A DNA stretch of 64,000 nucleotides from Octopus bimaculoides (Eukaryota): positions 2,539,427 through 2,603,426 of the forward strand of contig NC_068989.1 of NCBI RefSeq assembly GCF_001194135.2. Reading direction: 5' to 3'. Below the pieces are notes generated by a model. It was given only the letters and a program-made list of their open reading frames with translations. It was not told where the DNA came from and made no database searches. Position 1 is the stretch's first letter; every line of letters starts with the position of its first letter. This document shows, one piece after another, positions 12,618 to 26,482 of the stretch. A program made the position numbers and the translations under genes.

Positions 12618-14054
12618 TACATACAGCCGTCAGGTTTTTGATAATGTGTCGGTTGTTTTTCTATAATTAATATGCATTAGATTTATGTAATACACCCTAT
12701 GTTTTGCTTTGATAGCTCTATTCTTTGATTATTTATTACATTGTATCTGTATACAATGTATCGTATGCTCGTATGCATAGTTCTGTGGCTTCCTCTTAGA
12801 TTCCACTCTTGGCTAATGTTTGTTTATTCTGTAGATTTCTTTGGTGCACTGTTTTGTGAAGAAGAAACTAAATATTCTTCCAAGTAAATATTTCATCACA
12901 GACATTGTGTGTTTGTGAGGACACTCGCTTTCTCTATGTAATTATATGAATATATTAATGCCTTTGATGTAGACGGAACTAAGGCAACGGTTATTATATA
13001 TCTGAATATTCCTGTCTAGAAATAGAGTCTGTATGTTGCTTTTTTTTCTTTTTTTTATTTGTTCTGGATGTTCAGTTTTAGTACATAGCTGTTTTCCAGC
13101 TCTTTAATTTCTCGATATCTTCCACTGTATGAATTACAATGAATATAGCGTCCAGAGACCTGCTGTAAATAAAATGTTCATGTTTTGAATCATTTCACTT
13201 TGAATTGGTAAACGAGAATGCAGAGGTAGCGCACATAGATATTACCACTTTTGATTGATTTCATACACTTTATTAACAACAAAAAGTTACTTCTTATCTT
13301 GAGAACACTAATAATTTCTTCACTGTATACTGTGGACTAACCTGTGATTATATCATTTTACAACCTCAGATATAGAAGATCTTTTTATAAAGGTTCTAAT
13401 GGCAAAAGCAATAGAAACGATTTTAAATGATGTATACAATGCTGTTGATTTCTAAATTGCATGCTAAAAATACTAACAGGATCGGCATCAATATTTACAC
13501 CTGATTCTTCCAAGAACCTATCAGACAGGTTTCCATATAGTTTCCTTGAGCCTAACCTGACCAACAAGACTTGGACTAAACGAAGGATGAGTAAAAATTA
13601 TTTTCTAAGCGTCGGAATCGAACACGAGCTTTCTGATTGGGCAGTAGACTTTTTAACAGCGCGCCAACATACGCTCGTATACGTACATACGTACAGCTAA
13701 CTAAAGTAATACAGTTGCATGTGTTTAGAATCTATAAATCGGCTGACATACATCCTGAGACTATAATTCCAATTACTATATTTAGGTAAGCATTCTAGAA
13801 AGGTGTTCGATCACTTAAATGAAAAGGAAGACATAGAAGCACTTTAAAAATCAATTCTTCCCCTACTGACCATCTTCTTCCCATTCTTCCTGCATAACAT
13901 ATACCAGTCTCTCTCTCCCTCTCTCACTCTCTTTCTCTTTCTCTCTACCTCTATCTGTCTATCTATCTATCTCTGCCTCTCTTTCACTCTCTATCAATTT
14001 ATTTATCTCCGCACAAACACACACACGCACGCACACACACATACACACACACAA

Positions 14055-14085
<31 letters not shown>

Positions 14086-14212
14086 TATATAATACTGTAC
14101 CAAGAACTACACATATATATTTATCATTCAGGAGCCATAAAGATTATTAACACTACTTATCAGTCACTTGTCAGTTTATACATTGTCTTCTACTAAATAT
14201 GCATATACATAC

Positions 14213-14286
<74 letters not shown>

Positions 14287-14290
14287 ATGT

Positions 14291-14331
<41 letters not shown>

Positions 14332-14487
14332 CGGTGGGCTCCACCAAGCTTCCGTCTACCAAATTCACTCAACACAATATCGGTTGGTCAGGAGCTATAA
14401 AAGAAAATACTTGCTGTACAGTGGGACAGAACCCGGAAACATTTGGTTGCAGAGTGACCTTCTTAGGCACACAGGTATGCCTGCGTC
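14332..14487 (-). mobile_element. Family B SINE
   Basis: CTTCCGTCTACCAAATTCACTC...CAGTGGGACAGAACCCGGAAAC is the reverse complement of the family B body. Confidence 0.85.
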
Positions 14488-14613
14488 AGTCTTTATATAA
14501 TTCAATCTATTAAATATCCTCGCTGGATCCAAGTATGTTTAATACATTTGATGCACTCGGGGTTTCATGCTTTTAAAGTAAACTTCTTAAGCAGTCGTCC
14601 AATATTAAACTAA

Positions 14614-14644
<31 letters not shown>

Positions 14645-14852
14645 GAGCATGTCTAGATATGCAAACATATGCATGCGAATACATACATAAAACATACAAA
14701 TCTGCACATACATGAAGTCGCCTTGGATCGAGGTTAGAAACCGGTTCGTTCTCTATTGGCAAGAAATCTTGAAATAAACTGAATAATGACATACGTACAC
14801 GCACATACATACAAACATACATACATAATGCATACATACATACATACATACA

Positions 14853-14883
<31 letters not shown>

Positions 14884-14884
14884 G

Positions 14885-15077
14885 GTTCATTGTACAAAAT
14901 GCAAAAGCAAAAGAGACAGAGAGCAGCGAAAGGTTGGGGTGAAATAATTAACTAGGTGTATTAGTTTAGCGCCCAGGGAAAATGGAAAAAGTCATTGACG
15001 TTTCGAGCGTAAGCTATTCTCCCGAATAAGGAAAAACAAAATGGAGAGAAAACCTGTCTGGATTAACGGATTCGCAT
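14885..15077 (-). mobile_element. Penelope-like 3' terminal fragment (homologue of 54549-54737)
   Basis: Minus strand GCTCGAAACGTCAATGACTTTTTCCATTTTCCCTGGGCGCTAAACTAATACACCT aligns with GCTCGAAACGTAAAAGACTTTTTCATTTTCCCGAGCGTCAAACTAAAACACCT. Confidence 0.75.
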
Positions 15078-15091
15078 GTTGATACATACAA

Positions 15092-15132
<41 letters not shown>

Positions 15133-15341
15133 CACACACAGACACATACATATTACGCTGCCTTAACATATCTGTACAAAATGTAAATAGGCCACAAATA
15201 TCTCAATTAATTTTATCTCCTTCATATGTAGACTCCATTGTTATTCGCATATTTAGACAGAATTTCTTTAGAAACGTGTTAACCCAAATATAATCATGTG
15301 TTTTTTTATGAAACACTTAAAGACAATTATTCGCCTATAGA

Positions 15342-15419
<78 letters not shown>

Positions 15420-15583
15420 NNNNNNNNNNNNNNNNNNNNNNNNNNNNNNNNNNNNNNNNNNNNNNNNNNNNNNNNNNNNNNNNNNNNNNNNNNNNNNNNN
15501 NNNNNNNNNNNNNNNNNNNNNNNNNNNNNNNNNNNNNNNNNNNNNNNNNNNNNNNNNNNNNNNNNNNNNNNNNNNNNNNNNNN

Positions 15584-15655
<72 letters not shown>

Positions 15656-15727
15656 TACATATATATATATGAATGTATATATATATAAATATATATGTGT
15701 ATGTACCTATTCATAGATAGATAGACG

Positions 15728-15758
<31 letters not shown>

Positions 15759-16123
15759 GTGTATGTATTTATATGTGTGCGTTGGTATGTTTCTGTGCGT
15801 GTATGCATAAATGCATTTCCAGGATTTTTATTTTCTCCCATGCGTCATGTTAGAAACAATTCCCGCTTACTTCTATGTTTCCTTTAATAATGTAGCTTTT
15901 ACGTTTTGCAAGAGAAAGTTCTCAGTGGAATTGTTAAAGTCTGATTCGTGCAAGAAATATTCATTAATTGCCAAATAATTTTGACTGAGTACAATAAGAA
16001 AACCAAAACATCAAGATGTGCTTGATAGAAAGAGAGATGGATGCATGCCAAGGTGAAATATGGGAGGGGAAATTATGTTAGAAAAAATTGTGGAGAAATT
16101 ATAGCAACAGCAAAGACACTAAC

Positions 16124-16340
16124 AATAATAATAATCCTTTCTAATTCTGGTATAAAGCCAACTAATTTGAGGGGAGGTGAAGTCGATTACGTCGACTCAG
16201 CTTGTACTTATTTTATAGACCCCGTGAGGATGAAACACATACATAGTCGTCCTCGGAGGAATTTGACCTCAGATCGTAAAGACGTACGAAATGCAGTAAA
16301 TCATTTTGTCCGGCGTACTAACGATTCTGCCAGCTCTGCT
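16124..16340 (-). mobile_element. Family A SINE
   Basis: GTCGATTACGTCGAC...GTACTTATTTTATAGACCCC...CTAACGATTCTGCCAGCTC is the reverse complement of family A. Confidence 0.85.
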
Positions 16341-16486
16341 GTGTTGTCTAATCTGTATTTTATGTAGTATGTTCTTAATGCTTGCTCTTGGGCAGCACAG
16401 ATTAGAACTTCTGTTTCCGATTTTAAGTCACTTTTAGTAATTCACAGCCATTTTTTTTTCTCTGTCTGTCTTATCTTCAACATCCC

Positions 16487-16884
16487 TATGAAATTGACCA
16501 TGAAATTGGTACGACCACAAACCTGAAGACTTCGTCGAAAATAGAAATGCAAAGATCCTATAGGATTTTATGATTCAGTGCGACCATGAGATAGAGAATA
16601 GGAAGCCAGACATAGTCTTAATTGAGAAAGAAAGCAAACTATGCTGGATCATAGATATAGAAAGAAAATTCGAGAGATATGATAGGTTAGCTAGGGAAGT
16701 TCAGCAGTTGTGGTCGATGAAAAAGGTAGCAGTAGTACCAATAATTGTCAGAGATCTGGGAACAGTGAGCAAAAGTCTCGAGATGTACGTTGAACAAATA
16801 GGGGCTGCAATAAGGGTGGAGCACTTACAGAAAACAACACTGCTTGGAACCGCCCGAATACTCCACAACCAAAAGGCACAATAA
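16487..16884 (+). mobile_element. R4/Dong-type non-LTR retrotransposon 3' fragment encoding the restriction-like endonuclease domain
   Basis: WYDHKPEDFVENRNAKIL*DFMIQCDHEIENRKPDIVLIEKESKLCWIIDI...VVPIIVRDLGTV...LQKTTLLGTARIL; PD-(D/E)xK-type RLE C-terminus, followed by TAATAA. Confidence 0.9.
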
Positions 16885-16885
16885 T

Positions 16886-17070
16886 AAGGCAGTGAGATGG
16901 TAGAATCGTGAGTACTCCAGACAAAATGCTTAGCTATATTTCGTTCGGCTCCTTACGTTAGGAGTTCAGATTTCGCAGAGGTCAGCTTTGCTTTTCATCC
17001 TTTCGAGATCGATAAAATAATGTAGTAGGATCAATACAATCAACTTGCCCCTTCTCTTCAAAAACTGCTG
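16886..17070 (+). mobile_element. Family A SINE
   Basis: AAGGCAGTGAGATGGTAGAATCG...GAGGTCAGCTTTGCTTTTCATCCTTTCGAGATCGATAAAATAA. Confidence 0.85.
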
Positions 17071-17994
17071 ATCCGGAACGGGCATCCCGTTTAGAGAAAC
17101 GTTGTGGCATCGGATCTTGTACGCCATGGAAAGCGGGCAATCGGTCTTGTGAATCATAGGGCTGTAAAAATTATACTTAGAAACAAGTGATTGGAAATGA
17201 TAGCCATAGAAAAATGAATGCATCTGGTGACATACGAAACGAGCTGGGAAAGTAAGAAAAGGAAATCGTTTTTCTGACTGAAAGCTCAAAGTATCTTAAA
17301 CAGGAGGAGCAAGATAACCCTGTTGATGCGAGTGTGGACTTTCCATTGCTTCTGCTTGTGTACACCTGTAGACATCGGTTTAAATTAATTGCTAGTGGTA
17401 CGTATTTACCTGTTAATGAGGTGTGAAGAAACATGATTGAAAATCTACTCGGCCACTTGATAATTCGACAAGTATAATTGGCTAAAACTCCCGAAGACGT
17501 TTCGACAGTTTGGCCACAATCCTAATGGCTGAAACTAGTAAAACAACGAAAGAGTAGATATCAATATATCTATCTATCAGGCTATCTCTCTCTCTCTCTC
17601 TCTCGTTATACATATATTGTATACATGTATGTATATATATATATATATATATAATGTATATATATATNNNNNNNNNNNNNNNNNNNNNNNNNNNNNNNNN
17701 NNNNNNNNNNNNNNNNNNNNNNNNNNNNNNNNNNNNNNNNNNNNNNNNNNNNNNNNNNNNNNNNNNNNNNNNNNTATATATATAGTTTATTGGAATTTGA
17801 GTTGCGAGATAAACATTCGATTTCTGTGAGCAAGCACTTTGAGCAATGCTTTCTCATGCGTTCGATGCAATTCGACTTTTATACACACACACACACACAC
17901 GCACACGCACACACATATATAAGCACGCACATGCAGGGAAGACTGCATACGCATACTCACTCACAATATCTCTACCCGTCTCTCTCTCTCTCTC

Positions 17995-18047
<53 letters not shown>

Positions 18048-18108
18048 ATCTATTTCTATCAATGTTCTATACCTATTTATTTATCTACTAATGTATCTAC
18101 CTATCTAC

Positions 18109-18140
<32 letters not shown>

Positions 18141-18397
18141 ATCGATGTCTATCTACTATCTATCTACCTACGAACTCACCTATCTATCTGTCTACTATTT
18201 ATCTATATAACCACCTTCCTATTTACCTGTCTGCCCCTCTATATCTATATTTCTATCTATCTATTTTGTATCTATCGCATTTCTTGAACTGATCTCAAAT
18301 GTCTAATTGAATCTTGCTGGCAGGCTGGTTATCCCATTAACGCTTCCACAGAAGATTGAGAAAATTCCTTGTCAACCATGGCACAAAAGAATTCACA

Positions 18398-18444
<47 letters not shown>

Positions 18445-18526
18445 GTATATACACACGCAAAAGTTTCACTACACACACACACACACACATACACAAATAT
18501 ATATATACACACACAAAAGTTTCACT

Positions 18527-18558
<32 letters not shown>

Positions 18559-19546
18559 TTAGACATACACGCCTCAAACATACATACACGCCTCAAACAT
18601 ACATACACGCACAGATAGACAGACACAACATATACACACATACACACACCGACATGCAAGCATGCACACACATGCACCGAAACATGCATCCTACTCGATA
18701 CAACCGCTTACAATGGCTTCTTTTTTTTTTTTTTGTTTGGGTGAATCGCGTACTTTTTAAAGCCTCGTTGTTGTTTCCTTGTTGAATTTGCTGGTAAGGT
18801 GTCATTGGGATGGGAGGTGGTGGGCATAACTGGATTCCTAATAGTGATCGGATGGTAGTGAGGGAGTTCGAACAATCTTTCATGTACGATGACCTGGAAA
18901 TAGCCTCCACCCCTTCCCTAGTTATAAAGATGGAAGGAAAGAATAGGAATGAAAAAATAAATCAAGTGAAAAAAGAGAGACAGAAATTAGGGAAGGAAAG
19001 AAGAAAGAAACCAAGAAACAAAAAAAAACAAATGTAAAAAGGCATGAAACCAAAAAAAAAAGAAAATTGTAGATTGATTGAAGAAAGAAAGAAAGAAAAC
19101 AAAAATAAAGGAATTTTTGTTTTAAGAAGAAAGGAAATGAAAATGCATTCAAGAAATTGATAGAATTTGGATTTGAAACAGGCGAAAGAAAAGAGCAGAA
19201 TGGTGGGAAGTGGAGAAGGTAGAATAAACGATGTAGAGAAAAGAAAGAAAAAGAAAAGAGAAAATCAGTAAAGGAAAAGAAAGAAATATTTCAAATATAA
19301 AGACACAACACGAAAGAGATAAAGCAAACATTAATCTGTAATGAGGCCAAAAGCATTTTACAAAAGACTTTACCATTTATTCTAGCGGGAATGTTCTATT
19401 GTGGCTGTAGTTGTTGTTATAGGTTTTGACCCTAGAGTAGAAAGGATTCTTGTTGGTGGTGCTTAACCCTGTGCCAGTTTTCATTTGAGCAGATAGACCT
19501 AGGATCAAAGATGTTCCGGACAGGAGCACCGTGTCTTTATTTGTTT

Positions 19547-19696
19547 TGGCAGAATCGTTAGCACGCCATGCTTAGCGGTATTTCGTTCGTCTTTATGTTC
19601 TGAGTTCAAACTCCGCCGAGTTCGACTTTGCCTTTTATACTTTCGGAGTCAATAAAATAAGTACCGGTACAGCACGGGGGTCAACGTAATCGATGA
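19547..19696 (+). mobile_element. Family A SINE
   Basis: TGGCAGAATCGTTAGCACGCC...GAGTTCAAACTCCGCCGAGTTCGACTTTGCC...AATAAGTACCGG. Confidence 0.88.
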
Positions 19697-20198
19697 AAGG
19701 TATTCTTTGGAGTTTGGATAATTCACATTTGGAAACATGGGTGTTTCAGTCAACACACATAAACAATCCTTATTCAAGGACCTTTAGAGCGGGATGGGCC
19801 ACTCGACCTGAAGAATATTCTAACTGAACCCCCACCTGCGAGGTCATGCGCTGTTTATCCTGATATGAGATCACCATGTCGCTCACAAACTGAATAATAA
19901 TAATAATATGTGTGTGTGTGTGTTTTGTGTATTATGTATGTATATGTATATGTGTGTGTGAGGCCTGTAGGTGTGTATTTTTAAACTTTTACAGGAAGCG
20001 GGGTTACAGTGACTTCGACGTTTCGGACTGTTAACCTTCAGCATACTTCAGCAAACACTTATTTTGGGGGAAGTTGATTTTCTGATGTATGTGGAACTGT
20101 GTGAAAAATTTTAATAAAGGATTTTTTCGATGAAAATCTTTTGTGGAACTGTTTGGTTTAGCGTTAAATTATACACACATATATAATTTGACATAAAC

Positions 20199-20255
<57 letters not shown>

Positions 20256-21697
20256 GCATCTTAAATGTTTTCAAATCTTTTTGTATATGTTTAAGTCTAT
20301 CTAGAGTCAAGGTAGAACAACTGCTGTGTCGATGACGCCAATTGGGGCGGAAAAATATTATATGTCGCTTTTCTTTCATCTCCAGAATCAAACAAACAAT
20401 CTTTTCCGTAAGGGAATGTTATTTCCGGGAAATTATTGATTCTTGAGAATTTCATATTTATTGTAGACCCAAAGAATTCCAGCTGTTAATTGCCGTCTTA
20501 CGTTACATTTTGTGTATTTACAGCTTAACCGATTTGAATATATATATATATATATAACTCTTAGAGATACATCACTTTCCCCATCGCACTTGCATATATG
20601 CTTCTATAAATTTAATATAACATCTTTCTTTTTTTACCACCCACATCATCTCTCCTTTCATCCAATCTCTTTTTTTTCCACACTTTACTCCTCTCATCCT
20701 TCCTGCTCGAACATACAAGTACCACTATCTTTTCCAAAACCAACAGACTTTATTATCCGATAATCTTTTTATGACGTGTGTGTGTGAGCTGGTTGCTTCT
20801 TCTTTTTAGAAATTGAGTGACTGCATTGAAACGAAACACGATCGTACATTTCTAATATATTCATGGCATATTTTCATTATGAGATATCAGCTTCAGAATC
20901 GGTTCATCCGACTGAATATGTTACCTAATAGCCTACCGGCTAAACATTCACAAACATTGTGCATCTTCAGGAAAAACTTCGTTCATTTTCACTATTAAAG
21001 TCTACCTGATTTTAATTAATCCTATGTGGAGATATCATTCTCTGTTAATAGAGGGTTTTTACAATTGAATAAGAAGTGTTTAACTTACGTCTCTGACTTC
21101 AACCTCTCAATCTATCACCATAGCATTATATAAACGTCTATACCTAGCTTTAGACTCGTCAAGTTTTCAAAATCGAATAAACTCCAACGCAATAGGAATA
21201 GCAATAACACAAGTTAATAAGATAATAAGATAAAATAAAAATAGAAAGTGTTTAACCTATGTAGGTTTCGTTGCTACTAAAATATATCTTGCCTCAGAAT
21301 ATAACGAGAATTTTGGTTCAGACAGAGAGAAAATAAGATGGCACAGACCAGGTTTTCTCAAGTATTCTTTTGATTATACAGTTAAGACTGATATACTGTA
21401 TGCTCAATCCATTCTCTCCGGACTTAAAGTCAATATTTCATTCCTAGAAACTTTATGGCTTTGATCATATACATCAATTCAATATATATCCGATATAAAT
21501 TTTAACATACGGTGTATTAAATAGATTTTTTCAAGTTTAAATTATATACACATATATGTATGCGCTCGCACACATACGCACGCACAAACACACACATACA
21601 CACTTATTCATATTATTAAGAGGTTTTCTATTCAAAAGAATCCAATATATCTGACCATTCTTGGTTTAGCTTTTAAATATTATATATATGCACACAC

Positions 21698-21761
<64 letters not shown>

Positions 21762-22384
21762 ATAGGCAGACAGAAAGATAGCTAGACAGACAGAAAGATA
21801 AGATAGACAGACAGAGACAAACAGACAGAGACAGAAAGACAGGCAGATGAACAAAAGAAAGAAAAGGACATTCAACACATTTTGAATGATTATATTTAGT
21901 GGTAATAATAACTGGACAAAGAATTGCATTGTGTTAATAATAGTTTATAGAGAAATCTAAATGTAAAAAAATATAAATTTGAAGCCTTGAGCCTCAGTAG
22001 TAAACCATTCTTGATGTATCTTGTGGCTATCGTACAGAATCTGGTAAACGTCATTCTGTTGCTGTGCTAATCGCTCTCAAAAAGATAAGACCATCACATG
22101 ACAGCAATTTCACAACATCAAAACATCTACAGGTATGTACATGCGTCAAGGCAACGGAGAAGCCTTTATATAATTGATGGCCTTGCTAAAAATAGCAACC
22201 ACATGGTGCCTCAAGTCGCCAAAAGATAGCAGCCATACTTGAAACACGTTTTACTTTGAAAGGCAGGGAACACACAAGATAATTTAATCCACGGTATATT
22301 ATACAACATTCTATATGTAATCTATATGTAAAGCGACTCCAGTATTTATTATTATTATCATTTTTTTGTCGTGTTTTTAAATCT

Positions 22385-22492
22385 ATAGGATTTCTAAAAA
22401 CATAAGTCCTGGGGTAGATTTGTCCGACTAAATCCTTCACTGCAGTGTTCCATCATGGCCGCAGTCCTATGACTAGACTAAAGTAAGTAAAA
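22385..22492 (+). mobile_element. Family D SINE 3' fragment
   Basis: AAGTCCTGGGGTAGATTTGTCCGACT...CATGGCCGCAGTC is complementary to the fragments at about 43112 and 50563 (TGACTGCAGCCCTGCTGGAGCACCGCC...GTCGAGCAAATC). Confidence 0.6.
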
Positions 22493-22951
22493 TACAAACT
22501 ATAAAATCTAAATGTTATTCAGTATTAGACCAATTCAAAATTTCCTGATGAACGCATAAGACAGAATATCATTAGTTTTCCTACAAGTTTACACAAACGC
22601 CTATCCAATAGACTGACGGCTCTGCGCATTACTTAAATCTACATTTAAAACGAAGATCAGTGCTGAGTTGTAATTTCTGATGTGGCCTAAAAATCTATTT
22701 TGTTTACAAACCATTATTTCTATAAAGTTTCTGATTCTAGGCTTTCTTCTAATTATGTTTTTTTCTTTTGATATGTAAAAAAAATATATGAAGATAATGG
22801 TACTTAGAAATAATCACAAATTTAATATATTCAAATACATATACACATATATGTATATGTGTGTACATATGTATATGTATATTTGTGTATATATATGTGC
22901 GTGTGGGTGTGTGTTAATATATATATACACACCCTGTTTCAACTCTACACC

Positions 22952-23005
<54 letters not shown>

Positions 23006-23501
23006 TGCATGGCACTGTACAGTTAAAGCCGGTTGGTTTGTATACGTATGCGTTTATTCGATATCTCATGTCAGAGTAATTACTATTTTATATCTTTCGA
23101 TAAGATAAAAGAAACTTAATGCGTGGATCGTAGATGTATGAGTGCGCGTGCGCGTCTGTATGCATGTGTATGAGCAAAGAAAGGAAAAGAAAGATAGAAC
23201 ATTAAAAAGCGTCGGGTTAGTGATCACAAATATAGGAATATAGGCAACGGACTCGCGTGTGTGTATGTGTTGCATTTGTGTACCTAGCTAAGTGCTTCTA
23301 ACAACAAATACGCGTGCGCGGAATTTTTGGCTCCTATTTACGTATGTGATAACTTGAGAGCATTTGTGTATTCGAAGGGTTTGTGTAGAAAAGATGTTTC
23401 AAAATGTTTCTGGGGTTTGCGTTATGAACGTTATATATTTTCTATCTTTATACATGTATATATACATAGATAACTATATACATGTATATACATACATACA
23501 T

Positions 23502-23535
<34 letters not shown>

Positions 23536-24157
23536 NNNNNNNNNNNNNNNNNNNNNNNNNNNNNNNNNNNNNNNNNNNNNNNNNNNNNNNNNNNNNNNNN
23601 NNNNNNNNNNNNNNNNNNNNNNNNNNNNNNNNNNNNNNNNNNNNNNNNNNNNNNNNNNNNNNNNNNNNNNNNNNNNNNNNNNNNNNNNNNNNNNNNNNNN
23701 NNNNNNNNNNNNNNNNNNNNNTATATATATATATATATGGGGGGGACATGTGTATGCCAAAGAATTAATGAGCTCGAGAATCTGTGAATATGCACATTCC
23801 TGTTTTAAATTATTTTGGGGTTTTTCTAAATTCAGCAGACATATTGAAATGTAATGCAGCTTGTTATGCACATATTTCTCTTGTGTAAATAACAGAGAAA
23901 TTACGACATTTGTTTATTATTTGCTCTATAATTTCCTGCTCAGCACATAATATCGATAAACACAGAAGTCAGGTAATAGATGTTGCACATGTAATTCTTG
24001 CTAAATTATCTCTTTTGTGCTTTCCTTGTTGTCTACTTCTTCCTCGATTCTTTTTACCAATGTTCACCACCACTGCCAATGCATCCAACTCAGGAACAAT
24101 ATCTACGATGCTCATTAAACCATCCGTTTAATACAACTGCTAGTACTAGTAATGTTT

Positions 24158-24191
<34 letters not shown>

Positions 24192-24289
24192 CGATGATGA
24201 TGATGATGATGATTATTATTATTATTATTATTATCATTATTATTATTTTCATCATTATTATTATTGTTGTTATTATTATTAGTATTATT
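24158..24289 (+). repeat. Compound (GAT)n-(TAT)n microsatellite
   Basis: Direct reading of the sequence. Confidence 0.97.
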
Positions 24290-24639
24290 ATCAAAATTCT
24301 TGTTTCTAAAGTTAGAAATTTGTGAGCAGAGCATAGATCACTTAATTCAACAAGAATACTCCTATTTTATCGACCTTGGAATGATGGAAGGCAAAGATGT
24401 TTTCGGTGGGATTTCAGCTGATAACGTAAAGAGCCGGAAGAAACCACAAAGAATTTCTCCGACTTTCAAAAAAAAAAATAATCTATTCAATGCCCTTGGG
24501 TTTTTTTTTGTTTTTTTTTTTACATAGTCAAAAGTGACCTCGGTGTCATATTTTGCATTAAGAGATATGAAAACTTCAGCAAACATTGGAAACAAATATA
24601 CAGAGAAAACTATAGGAAATAAGAGTAAATACATTTTAA

Positions 24640-26000
24640 TCCTTGATGGAATCAATAATGAAAAGACGCAGCTGGAATAAAAGTGAGAATGTAGAAAGAT
24701 TACGAAAATAGAATCTAGCCAAAAACGAAATATCCGAAATCAAAGAACACCTGAAAGAAGGTACTAAATCATAAAGAATTTGTCGATATGAAAAACGATA
24801 ATGACTCTTCGACTCCAACTGAAAACAATATTATCAAGAAATTGACAAAAATATGAGACCGAAATAAATGCAGCGCCAGAAGCACGAAAAGTAGCAGCAT
24901 TGGAGGAGGAGGGGGCGACGAAGGAATCGTCACAAAAACGAATATAGTATCCTAAAAATTGTGAGTAAGCGAGAGCAAAATAATAAGTAGCCCAGACGTT
25001 GCCGCAAAATAAGCTGGAAGGCATCAAAACTTGATAAAATTCTGATATTCAGGGACATCTATATTTCTAACAGAAATGTTTTGAGAGATATTAATAGAGC
25101 TAGAGAATGTCCCCGACTGGCTCACTTACGTCGAAAATTATCTTCATCTTCAAAACTGAACAAAACCTAAAAGCTGCAAAATTTTACAGAATCTCAACTT
25201 GCCTTCCACACAACCAGCGGAGCTTCAACTGCAATAATATCGAAGATAATAAATAAATAGCTGTAAAAAGAAAACTATTTACTGCCATTATGGAATGGTC
25301 CACATGACTGTTGTGAAGGTTAATGACTGATGAGCAAAAATATAACCAAAAACTGCAGAAGCAGGAAGGGTTTGAGGATGGTTTGGATTTTCTACCCACT
25401 TTTGGCTTTATTTCCCCACTATTAAACTTCGGAAACATCAGTCATTTGTAAGGTAATTCCAGCGAGGATATATGAATTATATGTTGAGTAAATAGCATTC
25501 AGCTTTGCAGATAGAGAATAAAAATAGAATTATATAAACTAAACCCATCTTCATCACAATATGAATATTCCAAGACGACTCTGTATATTCACCATTTGTC
25601 TCACTCCTTTAACTGATATTATAATCAGGATTGAACTCAGCTTCGAATGCTACGTAAGAGGATCAATTATCTTTTGAATAGGAATGCCTTTTCTACTGTG
25701 AATGATAAACGATTAGAAACATTATTGTAACAGGAAATAGATTTGAGATGAGATTCTCATTAAAGAAATGCGCCAACGCATTTTTATAATGCGAGAAAAT
25801 AATTATTAAAGCCACCAAGAAACTGAGATGAGACAATTACAACATATAGAGAAATAGAAAGACTTGGACAGCGTAAAACAAATGCAAGAAGATTAAGAAC
25901 AAATGTTACAGATGCATCAGGTCAATACTTAAGACAGAGCTAACTACAAAATAGTAAGGTAATAAAGATTAAGAGGGTAGCTGTTGTAGTAATAAAGAGG
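24640..26000 (+). mobile_element. Degenerate R4/Dong-type LINE reverse transcriptase region
   Basis: Frameshifted pieces occur in canonical order: LFDSN*KQYYQEID, SWKASKLDKI, VPDWLTY, YRISTCLP, LRMVWIFY, IFQDDS, RINYLL, FEMRFSLKKCA, RCIRSILKTEL. The YMDD motif is not recognisable. Confidence 0.82.
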
Positions 26001-26016
26001 AGTTAACATATTCGTA

Positions 26017-26310
26017 GGTAGACACGTAGCTTAGTGCTTTGGGCATTCATCTCACGGTCGAGAGTTTTTGAGCAAAGTACTTTATTTCACGTTGCTTCAG
26101 TCCCCTCAACTGGCAAAAGTGAGCTGTATCTGTAATTCAAAAGGGCAGCCTTGTAACAAATTGTATCACGCTGAATCCCTTTGAGAACTACGTTTAGGGC
26201 ACACGTGTCTATGGTGCGCTCAGCCACTTGCACGTTAATGTAATGAGGAGGTTGTTCCGTTGATCGGATCAACTGGAATACCCGTTGTCGCAACCGACAG
26301 AGTACCACTT
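26017..26310 (+). mobile_element. Family C SINE
   Basis: Aligns to 8228-8556, with a deletion in the tRNA head. Confidence 0.85.
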
Positions 26311-26482
26311 TAGTTAGACGGTAAAGTAACTAATAAAACAGAAAAAGAGGAAACAAAAAATAAGGCAGTATTTTCAGTTCGCCATCGAGAATTTAAGTAT
26401 GAATAAAATGAAGGGATGCTTTATGCAATCGGAGAAGTGCAATAAAATATTCACGGTACAAATACAAAATGTTTAGTGAATA

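Noticed and set aside
12830-13600. Several short splice-site-flanked open frames on both strands
   Set aside because: They are mutually inconsistent in strand and phase with no homology; expected by chance in AT-rich DNA.
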